NCBI GenBank assembly: GCA_964395965.1
Contig: CAYNDK010000001.1
Location: forward strand, 1 to 56,956
Length of the DNA stretch: 56,956 bases
Origin: an uncultured Flavobacterium sp.
GTDB taxonomy: Bacteria > Bacteroidota > Bacteroidia > Flavobacteriales > Flavobacteriaceae
Direction: 5' to 3'
The notes beneath the pieces are model-generated. The model was not told the origin of the DNA, ran no database searches, and was given only the letters and a program-made list of their open reading frames with translations. A program made the position numbers and the translations under genes. Shown here piece after piece: positions 9,252-19,990 of this stretch (positions are counted from its first letter, which is position 1; each line of letters begins with the position of its first letter).

Positions 9252-11678
9252 TTACGATCCACACATTTCACAGTCCTCTGGACCAGCGTTGCGGGCGCGT
9301 TCTACCATCAATCGGAATTCCTCAGCTGTCATTTCTCCTGATTCTGGTGCGATCACTTCTACCGCTTGGGGTTCAGGTTGTTGAATAGCCGCTGTCGGTT
9401 CTTCTTTTTTCTCGTTATTCAAGGTGAACTTGATCGCGTCTACTGCCGATTTTGTACGTAAATAATACATACCTGTTTTCAAGCCGCTTTTCCATGCATA
9501 GAAGTGCATCGAAGTCAGTTTTGCATAAGTGGCATCCTGCATGAACAAGTTCAACGATTGTGATTGGTCAATGAAATAGCCGCGGTGACGTGACATGTCG
9601 ATGATGTCTTTCATGGACATTTCCCAAACAGTTTTGTATAAGTCTTTCAAATCTTGCGGAATGATGTCGATGTTTTGGATCGAACCGTTGTGACGCATGA
9701 TTTCTTGTTTCAAGTTTTCGTTCCACAAACCGCGTTTTACTAAGTCTTCCAACAAGTGTTTGTTTACCACGATGAATTCACCTGACAACACACGACGCGT
9801 GTAGATATTCGAAGTGTATGGTTCAAATGCCTCGTTGTTTCCAAGGATTTGTGACGTAGAAGCCGTAGGCATTGGTGCCAACAATAACGAGTTACGCACT
9901 CCGTGTTCCATTACTTCTTTGCGTAACGACGTCCAATCCCAACGACCCGATAAATCGCTGTCTCGTAAGCCCCAAAGGTTGTATTGGAATTCTCCTTGTG
10001 AGATAGGCGAACCTTCAAACGTTGAATACGGACCTTCTTCTTTGGCCATTTCCATCGAAGCGGTAACGGCAGCGAAGTAAATTGTTTCGAAGATGTCTTG
10101 GTTCAATTGTTTAGCTTCGTCACTGGTGAACGGTAATCGCATCATGATGAATGCATCCGCCAAACCTTGCACACCCAATCCAACAGGACGGTGACGCATA
10201 TTGGAGTTCTCTGCTTCGGGAACGGGATAATAATTGCGGTCAATTACTTTGTTCAAGTTACGTGTTACGCGTTTGGTCACATTGTACAACAATTCGTGGT
10301 TGAATTTACCGTCTTCCACAAACATCGGTAACGAAATCGAAGCCAAGTTACATACTGCAATTTCATCTTCCGAAGTGTATTCTAAGATCTCTGTACATAA
10401 GTTGGATGAACGAATCGTTCCCAAGTTTTTCTGGTTCGATTTACGGTTAGCTGCATCTTTATACAACATGTACGGCGTTCCCGTTTCAATTTGTGATTCT
10501 AAGATTTTCTCCCACAATTCACGCGCACGGATTGTTTTGCGGCCTTTACCCGCCAATTCATACGAAGTATACAATTCGTCGAATTTCTCTCCGTAGGTGT
10601 CATATAATCCAGGACACTCGTTGGGACACATTAAAGTCCACTCCGCGTCGTTTTCTACACGTTGCATGAACAAATCGGAAATCCACATCGCAAAGAACAA
10701 GTCGCGAGCACGCATTTCTTCTTTACCGGTATTCTTTTTCAAATCCAAGAATTCGAAGATATCCGCATGCCAAGGTTCGATATAAATCGCGAAACTTCCC
10801 TTGCGTTTTCCACCACCTTGGTCAACATAACGTGCTGTGTCATTGAATACACGCAACATCGGCACAATACCATTCGAGGTTCCGTTTGTTCCGCGGATGT
10901 ACGAACCTGTCGCGCGTACATTGTGAATAGATAAACCGATACCTCCAGCAGATTGCGAGATTTTCGCCGTTTGTTTTAAAGTGTCGTAAATACCATCGAT
11001 ACTGTCGTCTTTCATGGTTAACAAGAAACACGATGACATTTGTGGTTTTGGAGTACCCGCGTTGAAAAGGGTAGGTGTGGCGTGGGTAAAGAATTTTTTC
11101 GACATCAAATCGTAAGTTTCAATCACCGACTGCAAGTCGTTTAAGTGAATACCCACAGCGACACGCATCAACATGTGTTGCGGACGTTCTACGATTTTGC
11201 CATTTATTTTGAGAAGGTACGAGCGTTCTAAGGTTTTAAAACCGAAATAGTCGTAGTTGAAGTCGCGGTTGTAAATCACGTGAGAGTCTAAGAACTCTGC
11301 ATTTTCCATGATTACTTGGTGGACTTCATCAGAAAGTAAAGGTGCTTCTTGGTTGGTTCTCGGATTTACATAGTGGAACATGTCGTTCATGGTTTCGGAG
11401 AACGATTTTTTCGTGTTCTTGTGTAAATTCGAAATCGCGATACGCGCAGCCAATAAAGCATAATCCGGATGGGTTACGGTCATGGCGGCAGCAGTTTCTG
11501 CAGCAAGGTTGTCCAATTCAGAGGTAGTTACACCGTCATATAAGCCTTCAATTACGCGCATAGCCACTTTTACAGCGTCTACCATTTCGTTTAATCCGTA
11601 ACACAATTTTTTGATACGGTCGGTAATCTTGTCAAACATTACGGGCTCTCTGTGGCCGTCTCTTTTTACTACGTACAT
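9252..11678 (-). CDS. nrdA: Ribonucleoside-diphosphate reductase class Ia, alpha subunit
   Basis: N-terminal ATP cone (VVKRDG), [30 protein letters not shown]-terminal CxxC (CEMCGS). Confidence 0.97.
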   Translation of the reverse strand: MYVVKRDGHREPVMFDKITDRIKKLCYGLNEMVDAVKVAMRVIEGLYDGVTTSELDNLAAETAAAMTVTHPDYALLAARIAISNLHKNTKKSFSETMNDMFHYVNPRTNQEAPLLSDEVHQVIMENAEFLDSHVIYNRDFNYDYFGFKTLERSYLLKINGKIVERPQHMLMRVAVGIHLNDLQSVIETYDLMSKKFFTHATPTLFNAGTPKPQMSSCFLLTMKDDSIDGIYDTLKQTAKISQSAGGIGLSIHNVRATGSYIRGTNGTSNGIVPMLRVFNDTARYVDQGGGKRKGSFAIYIEPWHADIFEFLDLKKNTGKEEMRARDLFFAMWISDLFMQRVENDAEWTLMCPNECPGLYDTYGEKFDELYTSYELAGKGRKTIRARELWEKILESQIETGTPYMLYKDAANRKSNQKNLGTIRSSNLCTEILEYTSEDEIAVCNLASISLPMFVEDGKFNHELLYNVTKRVTRNLNKVIDRNYYPVPEAENSNMRHRPVGLGVQGLADAFIMMRLPFTSDEAKQLNQDIFETIYFAAVTASMEMAKEEGPYSTFEGSPISQGEFQYNLWGLRDSDLSGRWDWTSLRKEVMEHGVRNSLLLAPMPTASTSQILGNNEAFEPYTSNIYTRRVLSGEFIVVNKHLLEDLVKRGLWNENLKQEIMRHNGSIQNIDIIPQDLKDLYKTVWEMSMKDIIDMSRHRGYFIDQSQSLNLFMQDATYAKLTSMHFYAWKSGLKTGMYYLRTKSAVDAIKFTLNNEKKEEPTAAIQQPEPQAVEVIAPESGEMTAEEFRLMVERARNAGPEDCEMCGS

Positions 11679-11819
11679 ATTTGTTTGGTTTTAGGTTATG
11701 AGCTAGACAATCCCTTCTCTAACTCGAATTGATTTTTGATGGGAAAAGGCAATAAATCCCCTCTTCCGAATCGGATGTGAACTCCTCCCGGAGCTGTATT
11801 TTGAATGATTTTGATCGAA

Positions 11820-12797
11820 TTAAAAATCGGCGTCGAAGCTGATTTTCTGTGCGTTAGAGTCGTTATTCATGACTCCGGCCTTTTGGTATTCAGAAACGCG
11901 TTTTTCGAAGAAGTTGGTTTTTCCTTGCAACGAAATCATATCCATAAAATCAAAAGGATTGGTAACATTGAACACTTTGTTACACCCTAATTCCACCAAC
12001 AAACGGTCGGTTACGAATTCAAGGTACTGTGTCATCAATTTGGAATTCATACCAATCAAACTTACGGGAAGCGATTCGGTGATGAATTTGCGTTCAATGT
12101 CCAAAGCATTGGTTAATATTTCGGTGATGCGTTCTTTCGAAACTTTATGCACCAAATGGTGGTTGTGTAGGTGAACGGCAAAATCACAGTGCATTCCTTC
12201 ATCACGCGAAATTAATTCGTTAGAGAAAGTTAGTCCCGGCATTAACCCGCGTTTTTTCAACCAGTAAATAGAGCAAAATGATCCTGAGAAAAAGATCCCT
12301 TCTACAGCAGCAAAAGCAATTAGTCGCTCGCTGAAGTTAGGCGATTGCACCCATTTCAATGCCCAATCTGCTTTTTCTTTAATCGCAGGAAATACTTCGA
12401 TAGCATGAAACAATTCGTTTTTCTCAGCTTCGTCTTTTACATACGTATCGATCAATAACGAATAGGTTTCACTGTGGATGTTTTCCATCATTAATTGGAA
12501 ACCATAGAAAAACTTTGCCTCTGGATATTGTACTTCACTCACGAAGTTTTCGGCCAAGTTTTCGTTCACAATTCCGTCAGATGCCGCGAAAAACGCCAAG
12601 ATGTGTTTAATAAAGTAACGCTCATCATCGGTTAATTTATTATTCCAATCGTTTAAATCTTGGTGTAAATCGATTTCTTCTGCAGTCCAAATACAAGCCT
12701 CTTGTTTTTTATACCATTCCCAAATATCATGGTGTTTGATTGGGAAGATTACAAATCGGTCTTTATTATCCTGAAGAATGGGTTCTACAAATGACAT
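11820..12797 (-). CDS. nrdB: Ribonucleoside-diphosphate reductase class Ia, beta subunit
   Basis: [35 protein letters not shown]; start moved to MSFVEPIL at 12797. Confidence 0.97.
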   Translation of the reverse strand: MSFVEPILQDNKDRFVIFPIKHHDIWEWYKKQEACIWTAEEIDLHQDLNDWNNKLTDDERYFIKHILAFFAASDGIVNENLAENFVSEVQYPEAKFFYGFQLMMENIHSETYSLLIDTYVKDEAEKNELFHAIEVFPAIKEKADWALKWVQSPNFSERLIAFAAVEGIFFSGSFCSIYWLKKRGLMPGLTFSNELISRDEGMHCDFAVHLHNHHLVHKVSKERITEILTNALDIERKFITESLPVSLIGMNSKLMTQYLEFVTDRLLVELGCNKVFNVTNPFDFMDMISLQGKTNFFEKRVSEYQKAGVMNNDSNAQKISFDADF

Positions 12798-12881
12798 AAG
12801 TGTGTTATTTTTTATGATTTCGTTAACGTTGTTCTGACTGTTACAAATTTGATTAAATACCGTCAAAAATGAAAGTCAAAC

Positions 12882-12890
12882 TTATCCACA
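12882..12890 (+). promoter_or_regulatory. Perfect DnaA box upstream of nrdB
   Basis: TTATCCACA, overlapping a minus-strand TAAGTTTG -7 element at 12877-12884. Confidence 0.6.
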
Positions 12891-13075
12891 ATCGGCTATA
12901 GTTTTTAACAACGTGTACGAAAATTCTTAATTTTAACAATTTTGTAACCTTCTGAAATACAAGGTTATAGAAGTGCATTTTTTGCTAAAAGGCTGAAAAA
13001 TCAAGGGGTTTGGGAAAAGGCGTAAATAATTTTCGTAGGATTTTTCAAGGCGCTGAAAGTTGTGAAATTGTAAAT

Positions 13076-13108
13076 AAAAAAAACCGTTTCTGTTGTGAAA
13101 CGGTTTTT
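13076..13108 (-). terminator. Intrinsic terminator
   Basis: AAAAACCGTTTC...GAAACGGTTTTT inverted repeat with A/T tails. Confidence 0.8.
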
Positions 13109-13127
13109 GATTTTTTAGGTGCTAATT

Positions 13128-13655
13128 TTATTCTTCTTGCTCTCCATCAATATAGGTTTTATTCCCATTTTTATTGATGTAATATTTACCACCACGCGGA
13201 CCCGTATACACTTTTCGTCCTTTGTAGCTACCCGTAACTTTGTCTTTTAGCTTTTTTTCTGCTGCTTTGGATAGAGCGGTCTCTTTAATGTCTTCTTTCT
13301 CTTCGGCAGCACTAAGTTTTTTTACTTTTTTCTTAGTTTCAGCAGCTTTAGTGGTTGCTTTTTTCTTGGCTTCTGTGGCTTTCTCTTCGACCTCTTTTTT
13401 ATTTGCTTTAAAGCGTTTGTCTGCTGTTCCGTCTTTTTTTAAAGGTGCTTGAGCAGCTTCTTTGTTTTCTTTAAAACGTTTGTCTAGACTGCCGTCTTTT
13501 TTCAGTTTTTCACCTTCTTTTTTGGCTTTTTCTTTTTTTTCAGTGACAACTTTCTCTGTTTCTTTTTTGGCTTTTTTTACTTTCTCTTTGGTCTCTTGCG
13601 CAAAAAGTCCGGTAGAAAATACAAAGGCTACTGCGAGTGCAATTACTTTTTTCAT
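13128..13655 (-). CDS. Exported Lys/Glu-rich protein with two KKDGxxDKRFK repeats and a C-terminal PBCV basic-adaptor-like motif
   Basis: Signal peptide ending LFA-Q; KKDGSLDKRFKENK and KKDGTADKRFKANK; VYTGPRGGKYYINKNGNKTY. Confidence 0.75.
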   Translation of the reverse strand: MKKVIALAVAFVFSTGLFAQETKEKVKKAKKETEKVVTEKKEKAKKEGEKLKKDGSLDKRFKENKEAAQAPLKKDGTADKRFKANKKEVEEKATEAKKKATTKAAETKKKVKKLSAAEEKEDIKETALSKAAEKKLKDKVTGSYKGRKVYTGPRGGKYYINKNGNKTYIDGEQEE

Positions 13656-13721
13656 AGGGTTCTAAAATTTGATTTGACAATTAAAGATACAAATTCTTCT
13701 TTTTCAAAAGTAGGATTTGGA

Positions 13722-16700
13722 TTAAAAAAAAGCGCGCAATTGTACACTACCGGTATGAATCGTTTTACTTGTCTCCGATTGGCGTCCCAGGTAGTTGATG
13801 TTTAAGTCTAAATATTTAGTTAGATTTTTTTGAAGTAGCACTCGCCATGTTGCATTATTTCCGGGTTGTAATCCTTCCAGCATTTGAAAAGCGACAGCAG
13901 ATTGTGCATTTCCAGTGAAAGCATTTCGATAATACGCATATTCTCCAGTTAGTGTGAATTGTTTTTCACCAATAAAATTGACCGCAATACCTAATCGACT
14001 CTGGCGTAAAGTTTCCTTGTCATTTATGGTATTGTTCTTATTTTTTAACTCATAAAAAAGGCTCAAACTTTTGTTGGCAGAAAATAAGTATGACAATTTA
14101 GGTTGAAATTGTACCGTTTCGAGCACATAGTTGCGTGACGCATAATTCTCAGCAAGACCTTGCGAATTTCCTAAGGTTGATTCTATATTGAATAGCCATG
14201 TTTTTCGCCATAAATGAGCATATTGAAGTTGATGTGATTCAAGTTTGTTTTCTTGTGTTCCCACAGATAATAAAGTCCTGATATTTGTAATTAAATACGT
14301 ATAGGTAACAGAATGAAATTGTCGGCCTCGATTAAAAAAAAGACTGTTTCTGAACGAAGAATTCAGTCCCAAAAGTGTAGCACTTCCGGGTTGAAATGGA
14401 TTTAGATGAAAACGTTCACCTTCGCGCTTGGTTTTTTGGTCGATGGTATAGGCCATTTGGTTGTAAAAGTGGGATAAAAAATGCTTCCAACCTTTTTCGT
14501 TAAGCCATTGTCCGGGATTTAATGCAAAGGAAAGTGCGAGTTTATTTTGATGCGTTTTTATAAAAATTTGATTAGGCAAATACACCCGAACATATTTTGC
14601 TTGATCAGGGAAAGGAGCAATTTCAAATTCCTGTAATTCTTGTATTCCGTTATTATTATAGTCATTCCACATGTAGACACCTTGACCAGGATTGACCTCT
14701 AGATAGGTAAATTCTTGTTGAGCAATAGTTCCTGAAGCCGTCTCAGCAGCACCAGAAACTTGAATTAATTGGCCCAAGAATCGATCGTTGTAGACTAAAC
14801 GAGAATTTAACGAAGGTTCGTCTTGCCGATTTGGATCAACATACGAAAGTCGACGGTAATTAATAAAAGCAGTTAAATTCGATTTCTCTGATTGTATCAA
14901 ACGTGAATTTACATACCATCGGTTGGATGTATTGACTTTTTGAAGGATTCCATTTTGAAGACTATCATTTGTGCGATGAAGCCAGCCTAATTCAATAAAA
15001 ACTTTGGTAGAATCCCCGCGGCCTGTAAATAGTCCAATTTCTTTGTAACGTTGACTCAAAGCTGTCAATGCTCTTGTGCTTGTTGTTCGATCGGTATTGT
15101 CTTCTAAATTAAAAGTACTTCCCGTCCAGTTTTTTCCAAAATGATAACGTAGTCGTGTGCGATTTCGAGTAAATCGGCTTTCCGTTAGGGTTCCAGAACT
15201 TTGAAGTGTACTTGCATTTTGTTGGAGTAGGATTTTTCCATCGTTGTAATAGCCCCGCAAGAGGTGTCGATTCCCTGTGAATAATTGGCCTAAATCCAAG
15301 CGTTCGAATTGATAAAGTGCATTTCCTTTCTGTTTCAACTCCCATTCAATTCCTGCGGTTATAAGGCTTTGATTGCCCGAAATGGCCGTGGTGAGATTCC
15401 AATCTCTGTTGAACTCAATGGTAAATAATCGCTCAACAGTTTTAAAATTCTGTTGGATGAGTTGAATTGTTCCAAAGGCATTCCAATTGCTTTTGCCTGA
15501 GTAAATTCGTTGCTTTCCATTGAATTTAGCAGCCAAACCCTTATTGTTGGAATCATCTAGTTTTGAAAATAAATTCAAATCATTATTACTTACACCTACT
15601 TCAAAATCTACTGTTGTTTTTTCACTAGGATGGTATCCGCCAAGAAGCGTAGCCAATTGTAATTTAATGGGTGCAATTAATCGTGTAATTGGTTCATAAT
15701 TGCCCTGTGGTACTCCTGCAATGGGTGGAACATATTGATAAATCTTTCCAACGGCATTATTGTTGGCTAATGTATAATTTCCTTGATTGGCACCAACTAA
15801 TGAAAAGGTAACATTGTAAAGTGTATCGCTGGGATTATTTGAATATTCAAAAACTTCAGTTGTACCAACGGTAACTTTTTTATAGAGTATTTTGTTTTCT
15901 GAATACGTGTCAATGTAAGCAGAAGGGGCGTTCATGAGGGTTGTATTGTCTCCCGCATTTTGTAAAACACCCACTTGTTCTTGAGTCAAACTCTGTTGTA
16001 AAGGTTGGTTCTTTACATCGTTTTCTGTATACAGATACCCCGCCAAATTCCAATCTTTACTTTGATGATTTACACCTCCATAAGTGACAAATCGGGTGTA
16101 ACTCCGTTCAGAATATTGGTATTCTACCACTATACGCATTTCAGAAGTGATTGGGTATAGGGAAGTAAATCGAATTTCGCCCGCATTGTAATCAATAATA
16201 TAGTCATTGTTTTCGCCACGGGTTAAGAGTAGTCCATTAACAAAAACCCGCTCAGATCCTGAAATGACTAAAACATATAATTCACCATTGTTGCCGCGCA
16301 ATTTATAGGGGCCTTGGTTACCCTCTTGACCCGTAAAGGAACTTCGTGCATATTGACCACGAACAACAGCGGCAGCAGCAAAGACTTCGGTGCTGTTAGT
16401 GGGTGAACCAAAAGTAAATCGAGTATTGATTCCTTGGACTTTTTTATTGAAATTTAAAAATTTTGATTGTCGATTTTCCAGAAATAAATCACCAGCTCGA
16501 ATACTCCAACGATCCGAAAATAGTTCGACAAATATTTGATCAAACTCATCGAGTTTTTGCGAGTATCCGCCATCCTGCAACGGTATATTACTGTCCTGAA
16601 TGGATGCGCGAAGACTTACTTTATTGGAGAGCTTCCCCGATATTTGTAAATCCAAATTTGAATTAACAGTAGTGTTTTGGTTGTTGCCAATCGTTACTCC

Positions 16701-17123
16701 TCGGCTAATACTTCCCGAGGTTGTAAGTCCGTCAAAGGGTTTAAACCCAATTCTCCCCTCTTTTTTTAAAGTAACTAATACCCCAGCTTCATTTGGAACT
16801 ACCCGTTTAGGGTCGTACATCGTGTAGGTTTTAGTTAAAAATTCAGGAAATTGAAGGTAGCGAACGGTTAGAGAGTCAGTGGTTTGATAATTGTTTTTGA
16901 AATAGAGTTTAGCTTTAACAAAATCAATTTTGTAAAAGGAAGTGTCAATTTCAGTACCATTGGCATCAATGATTTTAAAAAACTCTTTTTGAATACTCGA
17001 GTTTTGTAGTGTGAGCGTGTCTTTAGAAAATGCAATTTTTTTGCTTTTGTACGGAGTTTCGGTTTGCGCCGAGAGCGTACAAAAACAACCCATTAAAAAG
17101 CACCATAACCACCAATTTCGCAT
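13722..17123 (-). CDS. Large uncharacterised outer-membrane (probable beta-barrel) protein
   Basis: 1133-aa ORF, signal peptide, alternating amphipathic strands, terminal Phe (VQLRAFF). Confidence 0.7.
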   Translation of the reverse strand: MRNWWLWCFLMGCFCTLSAQTETPYKSKKIAFSKDTLTLQNSSIQKEFFKIIDANGTEIDTSFYKIDFVKAKLYFKNNYQTTDSLTVRYLQFPEFLTKTYTMYDPKRVVPNEAGVLVTLKKEGRIGFKPFDGLTTSGSISRGVTIGNNQNTTVNSNLDLQISGKLSNKVSLRASIQDSNIPLQDGGYSQKLDEFDQIFVELFSDRWSIRAGDLFLENRQSKFLNFNKKVQGINTRFTFGSPTNSTEVFAAAAVVRGQYARSSFTGQEGNQGPYKLRGNNGELYVLVISGSERVFVNGLLLTRGENNDYIIDYNAGEIRFTSLYPITSEMRIVVEYQYSERSYTRFVTYGGVNHQSKDWNLAGYLYTENDVKNQPLQQSLTQEQVGVLQNAGDNTTLMNAPSAYIDTYSENKILYKKVTVGTTEVFEYSNNPSDTLYNVTFSLVGANQGNYTLANNNAVGKIYQYVPPIAGVPQGNYEPITRLIAPIKLQLATLLGGYHPSEKTTVDFEVGVSNNDLNLFSKLDDSNNKGLAAKFNGKQRIYSGKSNWNAFGTIQLIQQNFKTVERLFTIEFNRDWNLTTAISGNQSLITAGIEWELKQKGNALYQFERLDLGQLFTGNRHLLRGYYNDGKILLQQNASTLQSSGTLTESRFTRNRTRLRYHFGKNWTGSTFNLEDNTDRTTSTRALTALSQRYKEIGLFTGRGDSTKVFIELGWLHRTNDSLQNGILQKVNTSNRWYVNSRLIQSEKSNLTAFINYRRLSYVDPNRQDEPSLNSRLVYNDRFLGQLIQVSGAAETASGTIAQQEFTYLEVNPGQGVYMWNDYNNNGIQELQEFEIAPFPDQAKYVRVYLPNQIFIKTHQNKLALSFALNPGQWLNEKGWKHFLSHFYNQMAYTIDQKTKREGERFHLNPFQPGSATLLGLNSSFRNSLFFNRGRQFHSVTYTYLITNIRTLLSVGTQENKLESHQLQYAHLWRKTWLFNIESTLGNSQGLAENYASRNYVLETVQFQPKLSYLFSANKSLSLFYELKNKNNTINDKETLRQSRLGIAVNFIGEKQFTLTGEYAYYRNAFTGNAQSAVAFQMLEGLQPGNNATWRVLLQKNLTKYLDLNINYLGRQSETSKTIHTGSVQLRAFF

Positions 17124-17192
17124 ACTCTTTATAACTCCTAAAAGTCAAAAGTAGTATTTTAGGTTGGGATTTTGGAATTCAAAAAATACGAA

Positions 17193-18446
17193 TTACTCTT
17201 TGGTTACCAATTGTAAGGTTTCACGAGAAGTTTGACGCACAAGTACTGTTTTTCCTTTTTCCACAATTTCAGCTGCTTCTTTTGTAAAGTGGCGAATGGT
17301 GTAAAGCGAAACATTTTCATTGTAGGCTACTTTAAATTTTTTGGATAAGATGGCTTTGAGTTTGTCGAAATTCCCAAATTTATCTTCTACACAAACCGTA
17401 AAGCTAATCGCAGTGTTTTGAATCAAGCTTACTTTAATTTTGTGTTGGTGAAAAAGGGCAAAAATTTCGCTAATATTTTCTTCCATAATAAAAGAGAAAT
17501 CAATGGCCGATAACGAAATCAACAACTGATTTTTCTTCACAATAAAACACGACGTTTTGGGTTCGAGGTCTGCTCCTTTGGAAACACTAGTACCTGGTAA
17601 AAGTGGATTCACAAATGATTTTACAAACAAAGGGATCTCTTTGCGTTGCAAGGGTTGCAATGTTTTTGGGTGAATCACTGAAGCTCCATAAAATGCTAGT
17701 TCAATGGCTTCACGGTAGGAAATTTGGTTTAACAACACCGCATTTTCAAAATATCTCGGGTCAGCATTTAAAACACCAGGCACATCTTTCCAAATGGTCA
17801 CACTTTCGGCACCCAAGCAATAAGCAAAAATTGCAGCGGTATAATCGGAACCCTCTCGTCCTAGAGTAGTAGTGAAGTTGTTTTCATCCGATCCTAAAAA
17901 TCCTTGAGTGATGTTTAAGGCCTTTTTCTTTACGTTTTTGGAAATCAATTTTTGTGTTTGTTCCCAATCCACCAAAGCATCGCGATAAGTAGCATCCGTT
18001 TTGATTAAATTTCGAACATCAATCCAGTTGCTTTTGATTCCTCTTTCGTTGAAATAATGACTCACAATGGTAGTAGAAACAATTTCACCATAACTCACCA
18101 CTTGGTCATACACAAAGTTGTAGTTGGGGGATTTATTACTGCGTAAAAAGTATTCTAGATCTGCAAAATGACTATTTACGGCATAGAAAACTTCATGATT
18201 TTCATCGTCAAAAAGATCCAATAAAATCTGGTTATGGTACTTGCGAACTTCTTGTAAAGAGGCATGAAAAGCGCTGGATTTTTCAAAGTAGTTTTTGATG
18301 ACAATTTCCAATGCATTGGTCGTTTTTCCCATCGCAGAAATGATAATCAACACTTCTTCATGTCCTACGGTTTCGAGAACATGCACTACATTTTTTATTC
18401 CATCGGCATCTTTTACTGAAGCTCCACCAAATTTGAATACTTTCAT
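17193..18446 (-). CDS. lysC: Aspartate kinase
   Basis: KFGGASV, SAMGKTTN, TTLGREGSDYTA, DVPGVLNADP, C-terminal ACT-like region. Confidence 0.9.
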   Translation of the reverse strand: MKVFKFGGASVKDADGIKNVVHVLETVGHEEVLIIISAMGKTTNALEIVIKNYFEKSSAFHASLQEVRKYHNQILLDLFDDENHEVFYAVNSHFADLEYFLRSNKSPNYNFVYDQVVSYGEIVSTTIVSHYFNERGIKSNWIDVRNLIKTDATYRDALVDWEQTQKLISKNVKKKALNITQGFLGSDENNFTTTLGREGSDYTAAIFAYCLGAESVTIWKDVPGVLNADPRYFENAVLLNQISYREAIELAFYGASVIHPKTLQPLQRKEIPLFVKSFVNPLLPGTSVSKGADLEPKTSCFIVKKNQLLISLSAIDFSFIMEENISEIFALFHQHKIKVSLIQNTAISFTVCVEDKFGNFDKLKAILSKKFKVAYNENVSLYTIRHFTKEAAEIVEKGKTVLVRQTSRETLQLVTKE

Positions 18447-18531
18447 AGAAATCTTTTGAATTGATTTGAAATTTTTCTCGGATTCAAAGCTATGAAATTC
18501 CTTTTTTTTAACGATTTACTTTTGGGAAAAA

Positions 18532-19008
18532 TTAACCGTGTTGGCTTAAGAAATTTGCGATTCCAGCCTCGTCCATTTGAGCAATACGCCAATCGGAGAA
18601 AACTTTGGCACCCGTTTTTTCATAAAATTGAATCGCAGGTGTATTCCAATCTAAAACAGCCCATTCAATTCGGCGCACACCTTCTTGTTGCCCTTGTTGC
18701 ATAATCGCTTTATAGAGTTCAAATCCAATTCCTTTACCGCGTTGATCTTCTTTAACAATCAAATCCTCCAAGTGAATCGTTTTGCCTTTCCAAGTCGAAT
18801 ACCTGTAGTAGTACAATGCAATACCGATTAATTCGCCAGCTTCTTCGGCAACAAAACAGTAGAAAAGTGGTGTTTCAGAAAATCCATCGCGAATAAGATC
18901 TTCTTCAGTAATTACTACGGCATCGGGTTCTTTTTCAAAAAGAGCAAGTTCCCGAATACGTTCGAGAACTTGCTTCATATCATGAGGTTGTGCTTTGCGT
19001 ATTTGCAT
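18532..19008 (-). CDS. GNAT N-acetyltransferase (spermidine/spermine N1-acetyltransferase-like)
   Basis: YSTWKGKTIHLEDL, RGKGIG, VLDWNTPAIQFY. Confidence 0.85.
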   Translation of the reverse strand: MQIRKAQPHDMKQVLERIRELALFEKEPDAVVITEEDLIRDGFSETPLFYCFVAEEAGELIGIALYYYRYSTWKGKTIHLEDLIVKEDQRGKGIGFELYKAIMQQGQQEGVRRIEWAVLDWNTPAIQFYEKTGAKVFSDWRIAQMDEAGIANFLSQHG

Positions 19009-19859
19009 TATTTTTTCTTCTTGGTCGTTTTCTTTTTAGTGGTTTTGGCAGGAACTTTATTGTTGATCGGCTTTTGAACATATGCCTTGTATTTGCCATC
19101 AGCTACAGCACGATCATGAGCTTTTTGTGCGCGATCAAGTGGGTCGGGGTGCGAACTTAACATTCGGGTGAAAAAGTTGGATTGTCCCCCTTCACTTAAT
19201 TTAGCTAAAATCAAAAAAGCCGATTCTACCGCATTCACATCATAACCATGTTTTTTCATAAAGTCATAGGCAAACATGTCTGCTTCTGATTCTTGACCAC
19301 GGCTGTATTTACTATCAATTACGGCACTAGCAATTTGTCCCGCTTGACCGTCTGTGATTTTTCCAATTTTATCAGATTGAGAAGATACGGCATCAAAAAG
19401 AGCACTTTTTTTCAAAGCTGCACGCATAGCATCTTTTGAATCTTCATTGACAACGTGACCAATTTCGTGACCAATTACAGCTAATAGTTGATTGTCATCC
19501 ATGAGGTCCATTAAACCAGAATACACTCGAACACTTCCATCTGCACAGGCAAACGCATTGATTTCTTTGGTTAGATATACTTTATAATTGAGTTTCAATC
19601 CGTTTTCTGAGGCATGTTTGCCAAAAACACGATTTAAACGTAATGTATATCCATCATTCGGACCGGCAACTACATTGGCTGAGTCCAATTTTCGTACCCC
19701 TTCTTTTGCTAATTCAGCTGCTTGTTCATTGGAGAAAGTGAAGCCCGCTACTCCTTTTTGTAGAGCTCCCAACGCTTTTTCTCCTAAATTGATTTGAGCA
19801 GATACCATTTGGGAAATGCATCCAAAAAGTAAGGCGATAAGTACATTTTTTGTTTTCAT
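19008..19859 (-). CDS. M48 family metalloprotease (LoiP/YcaL-like)
   Basis: INAFACADG, GHEIGH, YSRGQESEAD, SSHP; signal peptide; basic tail. Confidence 0.9.
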   Translation of the reverse strand: MKTKNVLIALLFGCISQMVSAQINLGEKALGALQKGVAGFTFSNEQAAELAKEGVRKLDSANVVAGPNDGYTLRLNRVFGKHASENGLKLNYKVYLTKEINAFACADGSVRVYSGLMDLMDDNQLLAVIGHEIGHVVNEDSKDAMRAALKKSALFDAVSSQSDKIGKITDGQAGQIASAVIDSKYSRGQESEADMFAYDFMKKHGYDVNAVESAFLILAKLSEGGQSNFFTRMLSSHPDPLDRAQKAHDRAVADGKYKAYVQKPINNKVPAKTTKKKTTKKKK

Positions 19860-19990
19860 GGTTTGTGTGATTTTAGTTTACAAAGATACGGGAAGCGATG
19901 AAAACGCAACGTAGAATTATTTTCGTATGTGATGTCGAATTAATTGCGAAAAAATTAGATATTTGCACGACTACTACAACGATTTCGTAA

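Noticed and set aside
9252-12797. Intein, intron or phage-derived ribonucleotide reductase
   Set aside because: Both subunits have normal uninterrupted lengths and a chromosomal context.
12867-13075. Replication origin (oriC)
   Set aside because: Only one perfect DnaA box in a short spacer and no typical origin-flanking genes; a promoter-associated site is the simpler reading.
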